From NCBI GenBank assembly GCA_014905635.1, contig JABVCE010000039.1, positions 124,001-188,000 of the forward strand: DNA of 64,000 nt, written 5' to 3'. Under the pieces are notes generated by a model. It was not told the DNA's origin. It was given only the letters and a program-made list of their open reading frames with translations, and made no database searches. Source of the stretch: Scenedesmus sp. PABB004. Its lineage: Eukaryota. Below, in pieces: positions 1 to 12,216 of the stretch. Position 1 is the stretch's first letter; the number at the start of each line of letters is the position of its first letter. Made by a program: the position numbers and the translations under genes.

Positions 1-947
1 CCTGCCCCCCCCCCACACACACACACTTGCACCTTGATGAGCTTGACCAGCGCCAGCGCGACCGGCGCGCGCGCGACGTCCTGCCCCTCCACCACGAGCT
101 GCCCCTGCAGCGCGGGGAGGACCTTGGCCATGAGCAGCGACCGCGCAGACGCCGCGACGTCGGCCGCCGCCGCCGCGGCCTCCGCGGCCTCCGCCGCCTC
201 CGCCGCCGCGGCGTCGGCGCCCGCCTCGTCGTCGTCGGTGCCGTCGCCCTCCTCCTCCTCGGCCTCGGCAGCCTCCGCCGCCGCGTCGCCGTCCGCCGCC
301 GGCGGCTGCTCGCCCGTCGCGCCCGCGAGGGCGGCGGCGGCCTCGGCCGCGGCAGCCGCGGCGACCGCCGCCGCGCGCGCGCGCGCCGCCGCCTGCGCGA
401 CGGGCGCCTGCCCGCCGCCGCCGCCGGCGGGCACTCCTGGGGCCGGCTCCAGGGGGAAGTGGAATGCGTCCAGCACGGCGCAGGTGGCGCGGATGACCTG
501 CTTGCGCGGGTGTGACGCCATGAGGCGCAACCAGCGCTGCAGCAGGCCCGCGTACTGCTCCCAGCCCAGGCGGCCTGCGAGCGCGCGCAGCGCGTCGATC
601 GCCGCGTCCGCGACCGCGCCCTCGCGGTCCGCGTCGCCCGCCTTGCGCCCGTGGCCGCCGCGCTGCGCCTCGGCCGCGGCCGCGCCCGCCGCGCTGCCGG
701 CGGCGGCGCCCTCAAACACAAACTGCTGCAGCAGCGGCGCGGCAATGTCGAGCAGCACGCGCACGCTCACGGCGTGGCCCGCCGGCGCAGCGTCGCCGCC
801 GGGCGCGCCCGGCTCCCCCGGCAGCGCGTCGCCGCGCGGCCGCTTGGCGCCGGCCGCGAGCTCGCCGTCCGCCGGTTCGCCGCCCGCCGCCTCGCCGCCC
901 GGCTGCTGCTGCGCGCCGTCGGCCAGCCTGCGCCGCTTGGGCGCGCC

Positions 948-997
<50 letters not shown>

Positions 998-3900
998 GCG
1001 CCGCGGGCGGGCCGCCGTCGTCGCCCGGCTGCGCGGCCACGAGGCGCGCGAGCAGCGTGAGCGCGCGGCCGCGGCGGTGGATCTGGAGGTGCGTGACGTT
1101 CAGGAAGAAGTCTTGCTCCGCGTCGCCGCTCGTGAGGGGGACCAGGTCCGGGAAGCGCCCGGGCAGGCGGCGCACGAGCTCGCGCAGCAGCGCCGCGTGC
1201 TCCTGCCGCACCGCGAGCGCCGCGGCGCGCAGCCCGGCCTTGGCTTGCGGATAGAGCACGCGCGGCAGCAGGCGCAGCGGGTCGTCCGGGCCCAGCGCCG
1301 CGAGGTAGCCGCCGTGCGCCGCGCCGGGCGGCGCGCCCGCGCCGGCGGCCTGCGCCGCGGCGTCGAGGCGCGCCATGGCCTCCGCGCAGCGCGCGAGCGC
1401 GCCCGCGGCCGCCTGGCGCAGCGCGAGGTCGCCGTCGTTGCGCAGGTCGGAGAAGGCCTGCAGCAGCAGCGGCAGCGCGCCGCGCCGGCTCAGCGCCGCC
1501 CAGGCGTCGGCGCTGAGCGCCGCGTAGGCGCCCAGGCGTGCGTCGTAATCAGGCTCGTCCAGCGCGCCCGCCGCCCAGGCGTTCAGACACGCAAGCAGCC
1601 CCGCGACGCGGCCGTAGCGCCCCGCCGCGCCGCCGCCGCCGCCGCCGCCGCCGTCAACGGCGCCGTCGATGAGGGCGGCGAGCGCGCGCAGCGCGGCGCC
1701 CGCGCCGCTGCGGGCGTCGCGGCCGGAGAGGCGGCCAAACAGCAGCGCCACGGTCTCCCAGTGCTGCAGCAGGCGCTCGGCCTCGCCCGCGCCGCGCGCG
1801 TCGGGCGCCTGCGCCGCGAGCGCGGACCACAGCGCCGACAGCGCGCCCAGCGCGCGCGCGACGCCGCGCTCGTCCAGCGCGGCGCGCTTGTTGCCGGAGC
1901 CGCCGCCGCCGCCGCCGCCCCTGTTGGGCGGCGCGAGCAGCGCGACGAGCGCGGCCGCGAGGTCCGACGCGGTCTCCGCGTCGGCGCAGTGCGCGCCGAG
2001 GGCCTCCATCAGCGCAAGCTGGCGCACCACGGACGGGCGCTTCGCGCCGCCGCCGCGCGCGCCCCGCCCCGGCGGACCCTGCGAGGCGGCGGCGGCAGCA
2101 GAGGTGCGCAGCGTGGGCGGGCGGCGCGCGGCGCGGTGCGGGCAAGCTGGGCAGCCGGGCAGGTGCAGTGCGGGCGCGTCGGGCCGCGCGCCAGCTCTCA
2201 CCCGGCCGCGCCCACGCCCGCCCGCCGACGCCGCCTCGGCGAGCGCCGCCTCGACGCTGACGCGCAGCGCGCCCAGCAGCTGCCGCGTCCACGGCAGCAG
2301 CACCGCGCCCAGCAGCGCGGCGGGCTCCAGCGCGAGGCAGCTCTCCACAATGCCCAGCGCCGCGCCGCGGCTGGCCTCGCTGCAGCCGCGCGCGCCGAGC
2401 ACGCCGATGCAGGCCGACAGCAGCTGCCCGCCCAGGCCCTCCGCCGCCCAGGCGGGCGTCGCGCCGCCGGGCGGCCACGCCGGCAGGGCCGCCGCGCCCT
2501 CGCCATCGCCGCCGCCGTCGACCTCCATCGCGGCGGCGCCGCCCGGCGCTGCCGCCTGGGTGCTGGGCAGGTTGCCGAGCACGCCCGCCAGCCCTGGCGC
2601 GGCCGCGAGGCTGCCGACCGCGGCCAGCAGCGCCGGCGGCGCGCTGCCGGCCGCCTCGGGGCCGAGGCGGGGCAGCAGCGGGCGCACGGCTCCGAAGAAG
2701 CGCGGCCACAGCGGGTTGAGGTCCAGCGCGGCAGGGAAGCGCTCCCACACCTGGCCCAGCAGGCGCAGGCACTGCGAGCGCAGCGCGCGGCCCTCCTCGC
2801 GCGCCTGCGTGGCGCCACCGCCGCCGCCGCCCTCGTGCGCCTCGCCGCCGCCGCCGGCGCCCGGCGCCTGCAGCGGCGCGCAGGCGAGCTCGAGCAGTGC
2901 CGCGGTGAGCGCGACGAGCGGCGGCAGCAGCGGCGCGAGGCGGTGGCCCAAGTGCGCCAGCAGGTCCTCAAATGCATTGAGGAAGCCCTGCCGCCGGCGC
3001 AGCGGCTGCGCCGCCAGGCGGCCCGGCTCCACCGCGGCCAGCCACCAGGCGAGCGGCGAGGCGAGCAGGTGGGCCGACCACCAGGGCGCCGGGATGAGCC
3101 GCGCGGCGGCCATCGCGGCGACCTCGGCCGCCTGCTCGCCGCCCTGCGTGCTGCCGCCGTCCTCGTCAGCGCCGCCGCCGCCGCCGGGCAGGGCGATCGC
3201 GGGGCCCAGGGGCATGAGCAGCAGCTCGAGCAGCGGCAGCAGCTCGTGCGACGACAGCGCCGCCAGCGCGTTGAGCACCGCCGCGCGCGCGCTCCCGGGC
3301 GCGCCGCGGCCGCCGAGGCGGCCGCTGCGCTTGGAGAGCTTGGGGTACAGCACCAGGGTCAGCAGCGGCACAAAGCCTGCGGGGCGGGGCGGCGACCAGA
3401 GGGGGCAGCGGCGGAGGGGCACGGCGGGTCGGCTGTGGCGCGTGCGCGCATGTGCACGCGGTGCCGCGTGCGCTCAGCAGGCACGAGCACGCAAGGGCGT
3501 AGGGGCGTCAGTCGACCATTGTGTTTTTTGCACCAGGGCGGTTGCCCTTCAGTGGTTTGAGTGAGTGTTGTGACATCACGCGCCGCTGCACGCGCTGCGC
3601 GCGGCGCACGCAGCCCGCCCGCGCCGCGCCGCGCGGCCCCGCGCCCCCCGCACCTGGCCGCGTGACCGCGTCGACGCGCCCCACATCCGCCGTGCCGCCC
3701 TGCTTCCCCTTGAGCTGGCTGCGCTGTGTCTGCGCCGCCGCGGCCGCCGCGTCGGGCTCCGCGCCCGCCGCGCCGCTGCCGGGGTCCAGCATCGGGGGCA
3801 GGTTGACCAGCCCGCCGCGCAGCTTGGTGTTGTCGGCGAGCTGCAGCAGCACCGCCAGCAGGTGGCCGGGCAGGCACGGAAGCTTGAACGAGCCCAGGCA

Positions 3901-6900
3901 GCGCAGCGCGGCCGCCTGCAGCCCCGGGTCGCTCGACAGCAGCTGCCGCGCCACCGCCTCGGCCAGCTCCGACGACCTGCGCCGGCGCGCGCCGCGCAGG
4001 TGGGGCGGCGAAGCAGCACGCGGGGGGGGGGGGGGGGGGGGTCGGTGGCAGGGGGCGTGTGCGCGGGGGTCGCGCGCATGCTTGCGGCGGCGCGCGCCGG
4101 CGGCGTGCTGTCCCGCCCTTCATTGACCCAGGCCACTCGCGGGCGCGTCAGTGCCGGGTAAGCAGGGGCGGTCCCGCTCTCGCGCGCCGCGCGGCTCGGG
4201 GCCGTGGGCGGGGCGCCGCCGGCGCACGGGCGGTGAGCGCCGGCGGGCCGCCCGGGCGCGCGGTGCATCGAGCCCCCCCCCCCCCCCCCCACGGCAGGCC
4301 CGCCCGCCACCACCGCCAGACGCACCTGCTGAGGCGCTTGGGGCTCTTGAGCGCGCCCAGCAGCGCCAGCCACTCCGCCATGACGCCCCGCCAGGCCTTG
4401 TGACTGAACCCCAGCGCGCCAAGGCCCTCGCGCGCGAGCGGGTCGACCAGGCCGCCGCCGCCGCCGCGGCCGCGCTTGCCACCACGCTGCGGCGCGCCGG
4501 GCGCCGCGCCCTCCGCACCCGCATGCTTGAGCTTGGCGCCCACTGCCGGCGCGGCGGCGTCGCCGCCCGCCGCCGTCTGGGCGTCGCCGCCGGCCGCGCC
4601 AGCGCCGCCAGCCTCCGTGCCGGGCTGCGCCGCAGCGTCGGGGCTGCCGCCCTCCTCGCCCTCCTCGCCGCCGTCGCCGTCCTCGTCCGCGGCGCCGCCC
4701 GCGTGCGTGACGGCGCCGGCAAACTCCAGCAGCAGCGGCACCCAGCCGTCCGCCAGGCGCTCCAGCACCGCCGGCGCCGCGCCCGCGGCCAGCCCGCGCA
4801 GGATGTGGGTGAGGCGGTTGGCGGCGTCCGTGCAGCTCGCGGACGCGGCCGCCGCGGCGCCGTAGCCCTGCGCACAGTGGCTGCTCCACGCGCGCCGCAG
4901 GTCAAAGCCGGCGCCCGGCGGCTCGGCGTCCGCGGCGCCCGCGTCGCCCGTGGCGCCGCCGCTGGCGCCGCCGAGGAACTGGCGCTGCGCCGCGGTGACA
5001 TGGCCCAGCACCAGCGGCCACGCCGCGTCCGCGTGCTGCGTGAGCGCCTGCCCCAGCGCTGCCGCCGCCGGCTGCCACAGGGGCGAGAAGCTGCGGCGTG
5101 GGCCGGGAGCGGGCGCGTGGGCGCGCGGGCGCGCGCCGCCAGGGCAGCGCGCGCGCGGCGCCCACGGGCGCCGTCGCCTCGCCGGCCAGGCGCGCGCCGC
5201 GCGGCTCACCGTATGTGCAGGGCGCCGAGCAGGCCCGCGACGAGGCCGGGCAGCAGCGCCGGCGGCAGGCGGCCATACTCCAGGTGGTTGGCCAGCCGCT
5301 CCAGCGCGACCGCCCAGCGCCGCCCCGCCTCGACGCTGCAGGGGCGCAGGTGCATGTCGCGCAGCGCCGGCAGCGCCTCGCAGGTGAGGCCCTCAAACGC
5401 AGCGCGCTCGGCGCCGCCGCCGACGCCGCTCGCCGGCGCCGCGCTGCTCGGGGCGTCGCCGCCGGTGCCGAGGTAGGCCGGCTGCTCGAAGCAGCACAGC
5501 AGCTGCAGCGCCGCGCCGCGCAGGCGCTGGCTGGGCGACAGCAGGCAGGGCAGGAGCGCCTGCACCGCGGGCGGCAGCGCCGCCGCGCCCAGCAGCGTCC
5601 GCGCCTCGGCGCCCGCCCCGCCGCAGGCGCCGGCGCCGGCCGCGCGCGCGGCCGGCGCCCCCAGCTGCCGCGCGTCGTCCAGCGCCGCGCGCAGCGCCGC
5701 CGCGAGCATGGCGGTGCCAGACACGGTGGCAAAGTCGCGCGCGCCCGCGTGCGCCGCCAGCCAGGCCAGCGCCTCGCGCGTGGCGCCCAGCAGCCGCGCC
5801 GGCGCGACGGCCGGCAGCAGCTGCGCCAGCATCGTCAGCGCCATGCCCCGCAGCTGCAGCAGGTCGGCCGCGTGGCTGCCAGGCGACGCGGCGGCGGCGC
5901 CGCAGCCGCCGCCGCCCTCGGCCGCCAGCCCCGCCTCGCACTCGCGCAGCACGCGGTCGGCGATGTCGGCGGAGTCGGCCGGCGCCGCACACGTGTGCGG
6001 CAGCAGCTGCAGCCCCGCCCAGCACCGCAGCAGCGCGCGCCGCGCGCCGCCGCCGTCGCCGCCGCCGTGGCTCCAGCCCGCCGCCAGGCGCTGCACCGCG
6101 CCCGCCAGCTCGACGCCGCCCGGCTGCGCCGTGAGCAGCAGCGGCAAGCCCGCGCCAACCGCGGCCCCCGGGCGCAGCAGCTCGCACGCGCGCACGAGCG
6201 CAGCCAGCGCCTCGTCCGCGCGGTCCGCGCTCGCGCCGTCCACGCCGCCGCCGCCGCCGCCGCCGCCGCCCGCCAGCACCAGACGCCCGAGCGCGCCGAG
6301 CAGCTGCGGCGCGAAGAGCTCCGCTGCCGCGGCCGTGCTGGGCGGCGCGAGCAGGCCGGCCGCGAGCGCGAGGAGCTCGCTGTCGGCGAGCGCGCCGGGC
6401 GCAAACAGCGGCGCCCAGGCCGGCGCGGCGGGCCGCAGCGCGGCCAGGCCCCTGCTCGCGCCGGCCTCCTTCACGTGGGCCAGCACCAGCCCCAGCACCA
6501 GCTGCGCCGTCGCGTGGCCCAGGCTCAGGCCCTCAAAGTCGGCCGCGCTGAACGCGTGCTCCTCGGCGCTGCCCTGGAGCACGTGCAGCGCGAGCAGCCC
6601 CGCCGGCGCGGCGGCGGCGGCGGCGCCGCCCCCCAGGCGCGGCAGCGCAGCCACCAGCTGCCCCGCCAGCGCCAGCAGCGGGGTGTAGTCGTCCACGCGC
6701 CCGCCGCGCCAGTAGTGCACGGACTGCGCCACCAGCGCCACGCACCGCGCCGCGCTCGCGGTGGCCTCGGCCGCCGCGTCGCCGGCGCCGGCGGCCGCGT
6801 CGCCCTCCGCCGCCCCGGCCGCCGACGCCGCCGCGGGCGCTGCCTTGCGGCCCTTGCCGCGCTTGCCGCCCGCGGGCGCCGGCGCAGCGCCAGCGCTCGC

Positions 6901-8631
6901 GGCCGACGCCGCGGCCTCTGCGACGGCCAGCCGGTGCGCGGTCGCGCCCAGCAGCGCCTCCCACAGCGCGCCGGCGCCGCCGCGCCGCGTGTGCTCGAGC
7001 ATGCGCTGCACGCACACCGCCGCCACCGCGGCGCAGCGCAGGCGCAGCTCCTCGCGGCTCAGGCCTGCGCGCAGGCGGGCGCGGCGGGCGCGGCGGGCGC
7101 GGCGGGCGCGGTGGGTGGGTCGCTCGCCGCGCATGCCGCGCGCGCCAAGCCCCCGCGCCGCGCACCTTTGGGCGCGTGGCGTGCCCGCTTTGCGGGCGGC
7201 GCGCCGCCCTGCTGCTCGCCGCCGTGCTGCTCGTCGCCCTGCTGCTCGCTGCCCCGGCCGGCAAAGTCTTCGGGCGCGAGCAGCTCCTCGTCCAGCAGCA
7301 CGCCCAGCAGCGCGCCCGCCCGGCTGTGCAGGCCGTGCTCCGGGCCCAGCACCGCCTCGGCGGCAAGCAGCCCCGCGCCGTGCGCGCGCGCCGCGCCCGG
7401 CCGCACCGCGTGCTCCGCGAGCAGCGCGCGCAGGCCGCCGCGCAGCGCCCGCGGCGCCGCGGCACGGAGCAGGAAGCCAAAGGTCTCGGCCGCGAGGCAG
7501 CGCACGTGGCGCTCGGCGTGGTAGCGGAGGCCTGCCGCGCGCGTCGGCGGCGCGTGCGGGCGGGCGCGGCGGGCGCCGGCGCGTGGGCTGGGGCGCGGCG
7601 CCGCCGTCCGCCGAGGGGGCGGGCCCGCGCCGTCGGCGCGCGGCGGCGCTGCCTCGCCGCGCGGCACGAGGCGCACCCGTGGTGTGCTTGAGCGTGAGCG
7701 GCAGCGCCGCGCTGAGCTGGCGCGCGAGCGCCTTGCAGATGCCCGCCGCGCAGTTGAACAGGCCCTCGAGCACGTCCGGCTCGCTGGCGCACGCGCCGCC
7801 GGACGGCGCGAGCAGCCAGGTGAAGCTGCGCCGAGCGCGGGCAGCGGCGGGCGGGCGGGCGGGCGGGGGCCGTCAGAGGCTGCGCGCGTCGCGCGGCGTT
7901 TGCGTCGCGCGGCGCGGCGGCTCACCGCTCCCACACGCCGGGCAGGTGTGGCAGCATCTCATCCTGCAGGTCCCGCGCCGCGGCCACGAGCAGCGCAAAG
8001 AGCGGCGGCAGGCTGTGCGCCGCCTCGGGACGCAGCGCGCCCAGCAGTGCGCCGAGCGCCTGCTGCTTGTGCAGCAGCAGCAGCGGCAGGCTCGCCGCCC
8101 AGGGGCGCAGCTGGCGCTCGACGGCGAGCCAGTGCGGCGCGACGTTGAGCTCGCGCCACCTGCGCGCGCGAGGCGGCGCGTGTGCGCGCGTGTGTGTGTG
8201 CGCGCGGGGCGCGGCGCACCGCTCGGTGCGCGCGCGGGCCGCCCTGCCGCCGCCGCGTTGCCGCCCAGCCGCCGCGGCGCCGCTGCGCAGCCGCGGCTCA
8301 CTCTGAGACGGCCTCCTGGAAGAAGCAGCTCGCGCCGTGCGCCGGCTCGCGCCGCACCTTGCCCACGCGGCGGTAGACATCCACGTCGACCTGGCGCGCA
8401 GCGGCGGCGGCGGCGGCGCGGGCGGGGCGGGGCGGGGCGGGTCGCGGCGCCGCCGCGAGCGAGCCGTCGGGCAGCGCGGCGCCTCGCCGCCGGCCGGCGC
8501 TACTGGCCGCTGCCGCCGGCCGCCCCGCGCACCTCATCGATGCGCTGGGCGATGGTCTTGAAGCGGTGCCGGTTGGGCGCGCGGGCCTTCGCGGGCGCCG
8601 CGGCGGCCTCGTCGCCGCTGCTGTCCGCCAT
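1..8631 (-). CDS. UTP20: U3 snoRNA-associated protein 20 (SSU processome HEAT/DRIM protein); multi-exon, 3' end runs off the window
   Basis: ATG at 8631. Spliced N-terminus MADSSGDE...RHRFKTIAQRIDE|VDVDVYRR...CFFQEAV|WRELNVAPHW...ASLPLLLLHKQQ...SLPPLFALLVAAARDLQDEMLPHLP matches the UTP20 N-terminus. DRIM-like segment LLSSDPGLQAAALRCLGSFK...LVLYPKLSKRSGRLGGRG..SARAAVLNALA at about 3950-3260. Confidence 0.9.
3504..3584 (-). ncRNA. Intronic box C/D snoRNA candidate, possibly double-guide
   Basis: AT-rich island in a UTP20 intron, sense to host. C box GUGAUGU (3579-3573), D' CUGA (3552-3549), D CUGA (3511-3508), terminal GGCG/CGCC stem, internal AGGGC-AACC-GCCCU hairpin. C' box not clearly recognisable. 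Confidence 0.75.
4106..4265 (-). ncRNA. Intronic box H/ACA snoRNA candidate, copy A (UTP20 intron)
   Basis: 167/168 identical to 10231-10398. 3' hairpin with bipartite pocket CUGCUU / CAAUGA and ACA box (4111-4109) 14 nt after the upper stem. 5' end approximate. Confidence 0.8.
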
Positions 8632-9232
8632 CGCGGCGCCGTGCGTCGACAGGGGGCCCCTCACGCTGACATGGGCCGGGGGCTGGGGGAAGGCGACGTG
8701 ACCCACCCGCAGGCGCCGCCAGGGGGCTCGCCGTCGCCGCCGGCCCGGGCGCGCTGCGCCGGCGGCTCGCGCGCGTCGCTGTCGGCTGGGACCGGCGGCG
8801 GAGCTGCCCGCGGCCGCGTCGCACGCGCGTTGTGGGCGTCGCGCGGAACGGCGCGGCGCGGCGGCGCGGGGCTGCCCAGGAGAGCTGGCGGGGCATGTTT
8901 TTGACATGCGGCACCTCGCTGCCTCGTCCTGCGCCGCCGCAGGCAGGCTGGGCGCGCTCTCGGCATACTCCGCTCTCCAGCGCCACCGAAACTTGGCTCG
9001 CCGCTGCGCGCACACGCTCGCTCGCGCCACACGCGGGCCCGCAGGCCGCGCCGACAGCTGCACGCGCTGCACGCACGCACGGCGGGCTGCTCTCCGGCCG
9101 CGCTCGCGGTCCAGATAGCGGGCGCGGCCTCGAGACCGGCGGCGCGCGGCCCGGCGGCGCGCCTGGCCGGCAGCAGCAGCAGCGGCAGCGGCAGCAGTGG
9201 CGGCGGCGAGCGGCGGCCGGCGCGGCGCGGCG

Positions 9233-10649
9233 ATGCTGGCGCTCGGCGCCACGCACGGCGGGGTGGCGCCTCGCTGCGGCTGTAGGAGGGGAGCGGCAGC
9301 GGCGCCCCTGCGTCCGCCGGCGGCGCCCCTGCCCGCGCGGCCGCGTGGCGACGCCTGCCCGGCGGCCGTGGTGCGGCCGCCGGCGCCGGTTGTGGCGGCG
9401 GCGGCGGCGCGGCGCCCGCGCGGCGCGCGCCCTGCGCCGCGCGGCGTGCGCGTGGCGGCGGCGCCCGACGCGCAGCCTCCTGGCGCGGGCGGCGCGACGG
9501 CGCGCGGCGGCGAGGCGGCGCGCGGCGGCGGCGAGGAGGAGTGGTGCGTGCTCAACTTTTACCACCTGGCCGACGTCGCCGACCCCGAGGAGGTGCGGCG
9601 GCGGCGGCGGCGGCGGCGGCGCGCGCGCGCCCAAGCCCGCTGGGGAGCAGGGCGCAGGCGCCCCGCCCGCGCGCGTGGCGCCCCGGGCGAGCCCGGCCCC
9701 CGCGCCGCGCCGCACGCCCCCCCCCCTCCCCCAGATGGTGTCGCGGCACCGCGCGTTCATCGAGTCCCGCGGCCTGACCAGCCTGTGCGGCCGCATCTAT
9801 ATCAGCGCCCAGGGCATCAACTGCCAGGGCGGCGGCACGGCGGCGCACGCGGCCGCGTACGTCGCGTGGGTGGGGTCGCTGCCAGAGTTCCGCGGCCTCT
9901 TCCACACGCTCTGGCCGGCCGAGGGCCCCGCGTTCCCCAAGCTCCGGCTCAAGGTCAAGCCCAACCTCATCAGCCTCGCCGGCGGCATGGCGGCGCTGCC
10001 GGTGACCGACCCCGCCGCCCGCGCGACGCCGCTGTCGCCGGCCGAGTGGCGCGAGAAGCTCGGCGAGGCGGTGGCGGTCAACGCAGACGTCGACGCGGGC
10101 CGGGCCGACCCGGTGCGCAGGGAGGGGCTGGGGAGATGGATATGGGGGCAGGGGGCAGGGGGAGCACGCGGCAGCCCAGGGCGCAGGCGGGCAGCGCACG
10201 CGCACGCGCACGCGCACGCGCACGCGAGCACACCGCGCGCCCGGGCGGCCCGCCGGCGCTCACCGCCCGTGCGCCGGCGGCGCCCCGCCCGCGGCCCCGA
10301 GCCGCGCGGCGCGCGAGAGCGGGACCGCCCCTGCTTACCCGGCACTGACGCGCCCGCGAGTGGCCTGGGTCAATGAAGGGCGGGACAGCACGCCGCCGCG
10401 CACTCACGCGCGGTCCCACGCGCGGCGCCCGCGCACCCGTCCCTCGCCGCCGACGCCCCGCGCGCCTCTGCCCGCGGCGCCCGCTGCCCTGCCAGTCCAA
10501 GCGCGTGGTGGTGATGGACCTGCGCAACGACTACGAGTGGGACGCCGGCCACTTTGCGCTCGCGCCGCGCCCCGACGAGGAGGTGTTTGCAGGTGCGGAG
10601 CGGCGAGGCGCGCAGCGGCGCTGGCCGGCAGCGCTGCTGCACGCGCCGG

Positions 10650-10683
<34 letters not shown>

Positions 10684-11964
10684 GACGTGCGCGCCCGCGC
10701 GCGTGCCCGCAGAGACGCCCGTCGGCGGCGGCGACGGCGAGGTGCCGTCGCCGCTGCGCGGGGCCGACCCGGAGAACACGGAGGTCCTGGTGCGACGCGC
10801 CGCCTGGCCTGGCCTGGCCCGCCGCCGCCCTGGCCGCGGCCTGGCCGCCGCCCTGGCCGCAGCCTCGGCCGGGGCCCTGGCCGCAGCCTCGGCCGCGCGT
10901 TGACCGCCCGCGACGCCGCGCGCCGCCGCGCGCGCGCCGCCAGATGTACTGCACCGGCGGCATCCGCTGCGACGTGTACAGCGCGCTGCTGCGGGCGCGC
11001 GGCTTCACCCGCCTCTACACCCTGCACGGCGGCGTGCAGCACTACCTGCGCGAGGCCGGCGGCGAGCACTGGGACGGCAGCCTCTTTGTATTTGATGGGC
11101 GCATGGCCATCAACCCCGCGCTGCCGCCCGGCGCGCACGCGGGTGTGCGGGGCCGCGGGGCCGCCGCGCCGGGCGCGCGCGGCGCCGCGGCGGTCGCGGG
11201 CGCGCGCCCGGCGGCGACGCCCCGGTCGGCGCGCGCAAACGCAGCCGCCGCCGCCTTGGCCGCGCCCGCCGCAGGCGACGGCCTCCCCGCCGCGGTGCCG
11301 TGCGCGCTGTGCGGCGGCGTGGCGGCGCTGCCGCACGTCAACTGCGCCAACATCGACTGCAACGAGCTCTTCATCGCCTGCGCGGCCTGCAAGACGCGCT
11401 TCCACGGCTGCTGCTGCGAGGCCTGCCAGTCGGCGCCGCGGCTGCTGCGGCCGATCAAGATCAACGGCGGCAACTGTGAGGGAGCCCCGGCGCGGCGCGT
11501 CGCGTGCCCGCAGCCGCGGACGCCCCGCCGCCCGCCGGCGCCCCGCCGCCCGGCGACGCCCTGCCGCCCGCCGCGCCGCCGCGCAGACGGTTCGTGGAAC
11601 CAGTACGCCGACGTGGCGGCCACGGCGCCCGTCATCGCGGCCGGCCGCACGCGTAAGGCCGCGCTCGCGGGCCCACGCCGCGCGCCGCACGGCCGCCGCC
11701 CGCCTGCCCCGCCGGCCCGCCCACGCGCGCGCGGCCTGCCGCGCTGCGCCGCCCGCAGACGAGGGCCGCGTGGCGCGCCGCGCGCGGCGCCGCGCGGCGA
11801 TGCGGGAAAAGCGGCAGGCGGCGCTCGAGGAGCGGCAGCAGCTGCGCGCCGCGGTCAAGAAGGCCGTGCGCGCGGCCGCCGCCGAGGCTGAGGCGGCGGC
11901 ACAGCAGCGGGAGGGAGAGCAGGAGCAGGAGCAGCGCGGCGCCGTTGTGGCGGGCGGGGCGTGA
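9233..11964 (+). CDS. Rhodanese-domain protein, TrhO/YceA (UPF0176) family, STR8-like; probable organelle transit peptide; multi-exon
   Basis: Motifs VLNFYHLADVADP, LCGRIYISAQGIN, AFPKLRLKVKPNLI, VVMDLRNDYEWDAGHF, MYCTGGIRCD, LYTLHGGVQHYL..WDGSLFVFDGR, and a Cys-rich NCANIDCNELFIACAAC..GCCCEAC tail. Confidence 0.9.
10231..10390 (+). ncRNA. Intronic box H/ACA snoRNA candidate, copy B (rhodanese gene intron)
   Basis: 5' hairpin 10234-10315, imperfect H box AGAGCG at 10316-10321, 3' hairpin 10325-10383 with pocket CUGCUU (10331-36) / CAAUGA (10371-76), ACA at 10385-87. Confidence 0.8.
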
Positions 11965-12216
11965 GCGCGCCGGCGCCGTCACGGCCCGGGCCACAGCGCT
12001 GAGACGCGCGGCGCGGCGGTGACGGCCCGCCTCTCTCCTGCGCACTACTACAGACCGCGATCAGCTGTGCACGCGCTCTCGCGGCGCAACAGCTGTGCGT
12101 GGCCCACCAATCTCCGACGCGCACGCCGCTGCTGCGCGCGCCGCTCGCCGCCGCTGGACCGCGCCCCTGTTCGCACCGCCCAGCGTGGGCTCTCCGACCG
12201 ATCGCACTCCGAGCTG

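Noticed and set aside
651..3564. Very long Ala/Arg/Pro/Gly-rich ORFs here and across the window
   Set aside because: Stop-codon scarcity at very high GC; they are antisense or off-frame shadows of real spliced genes.
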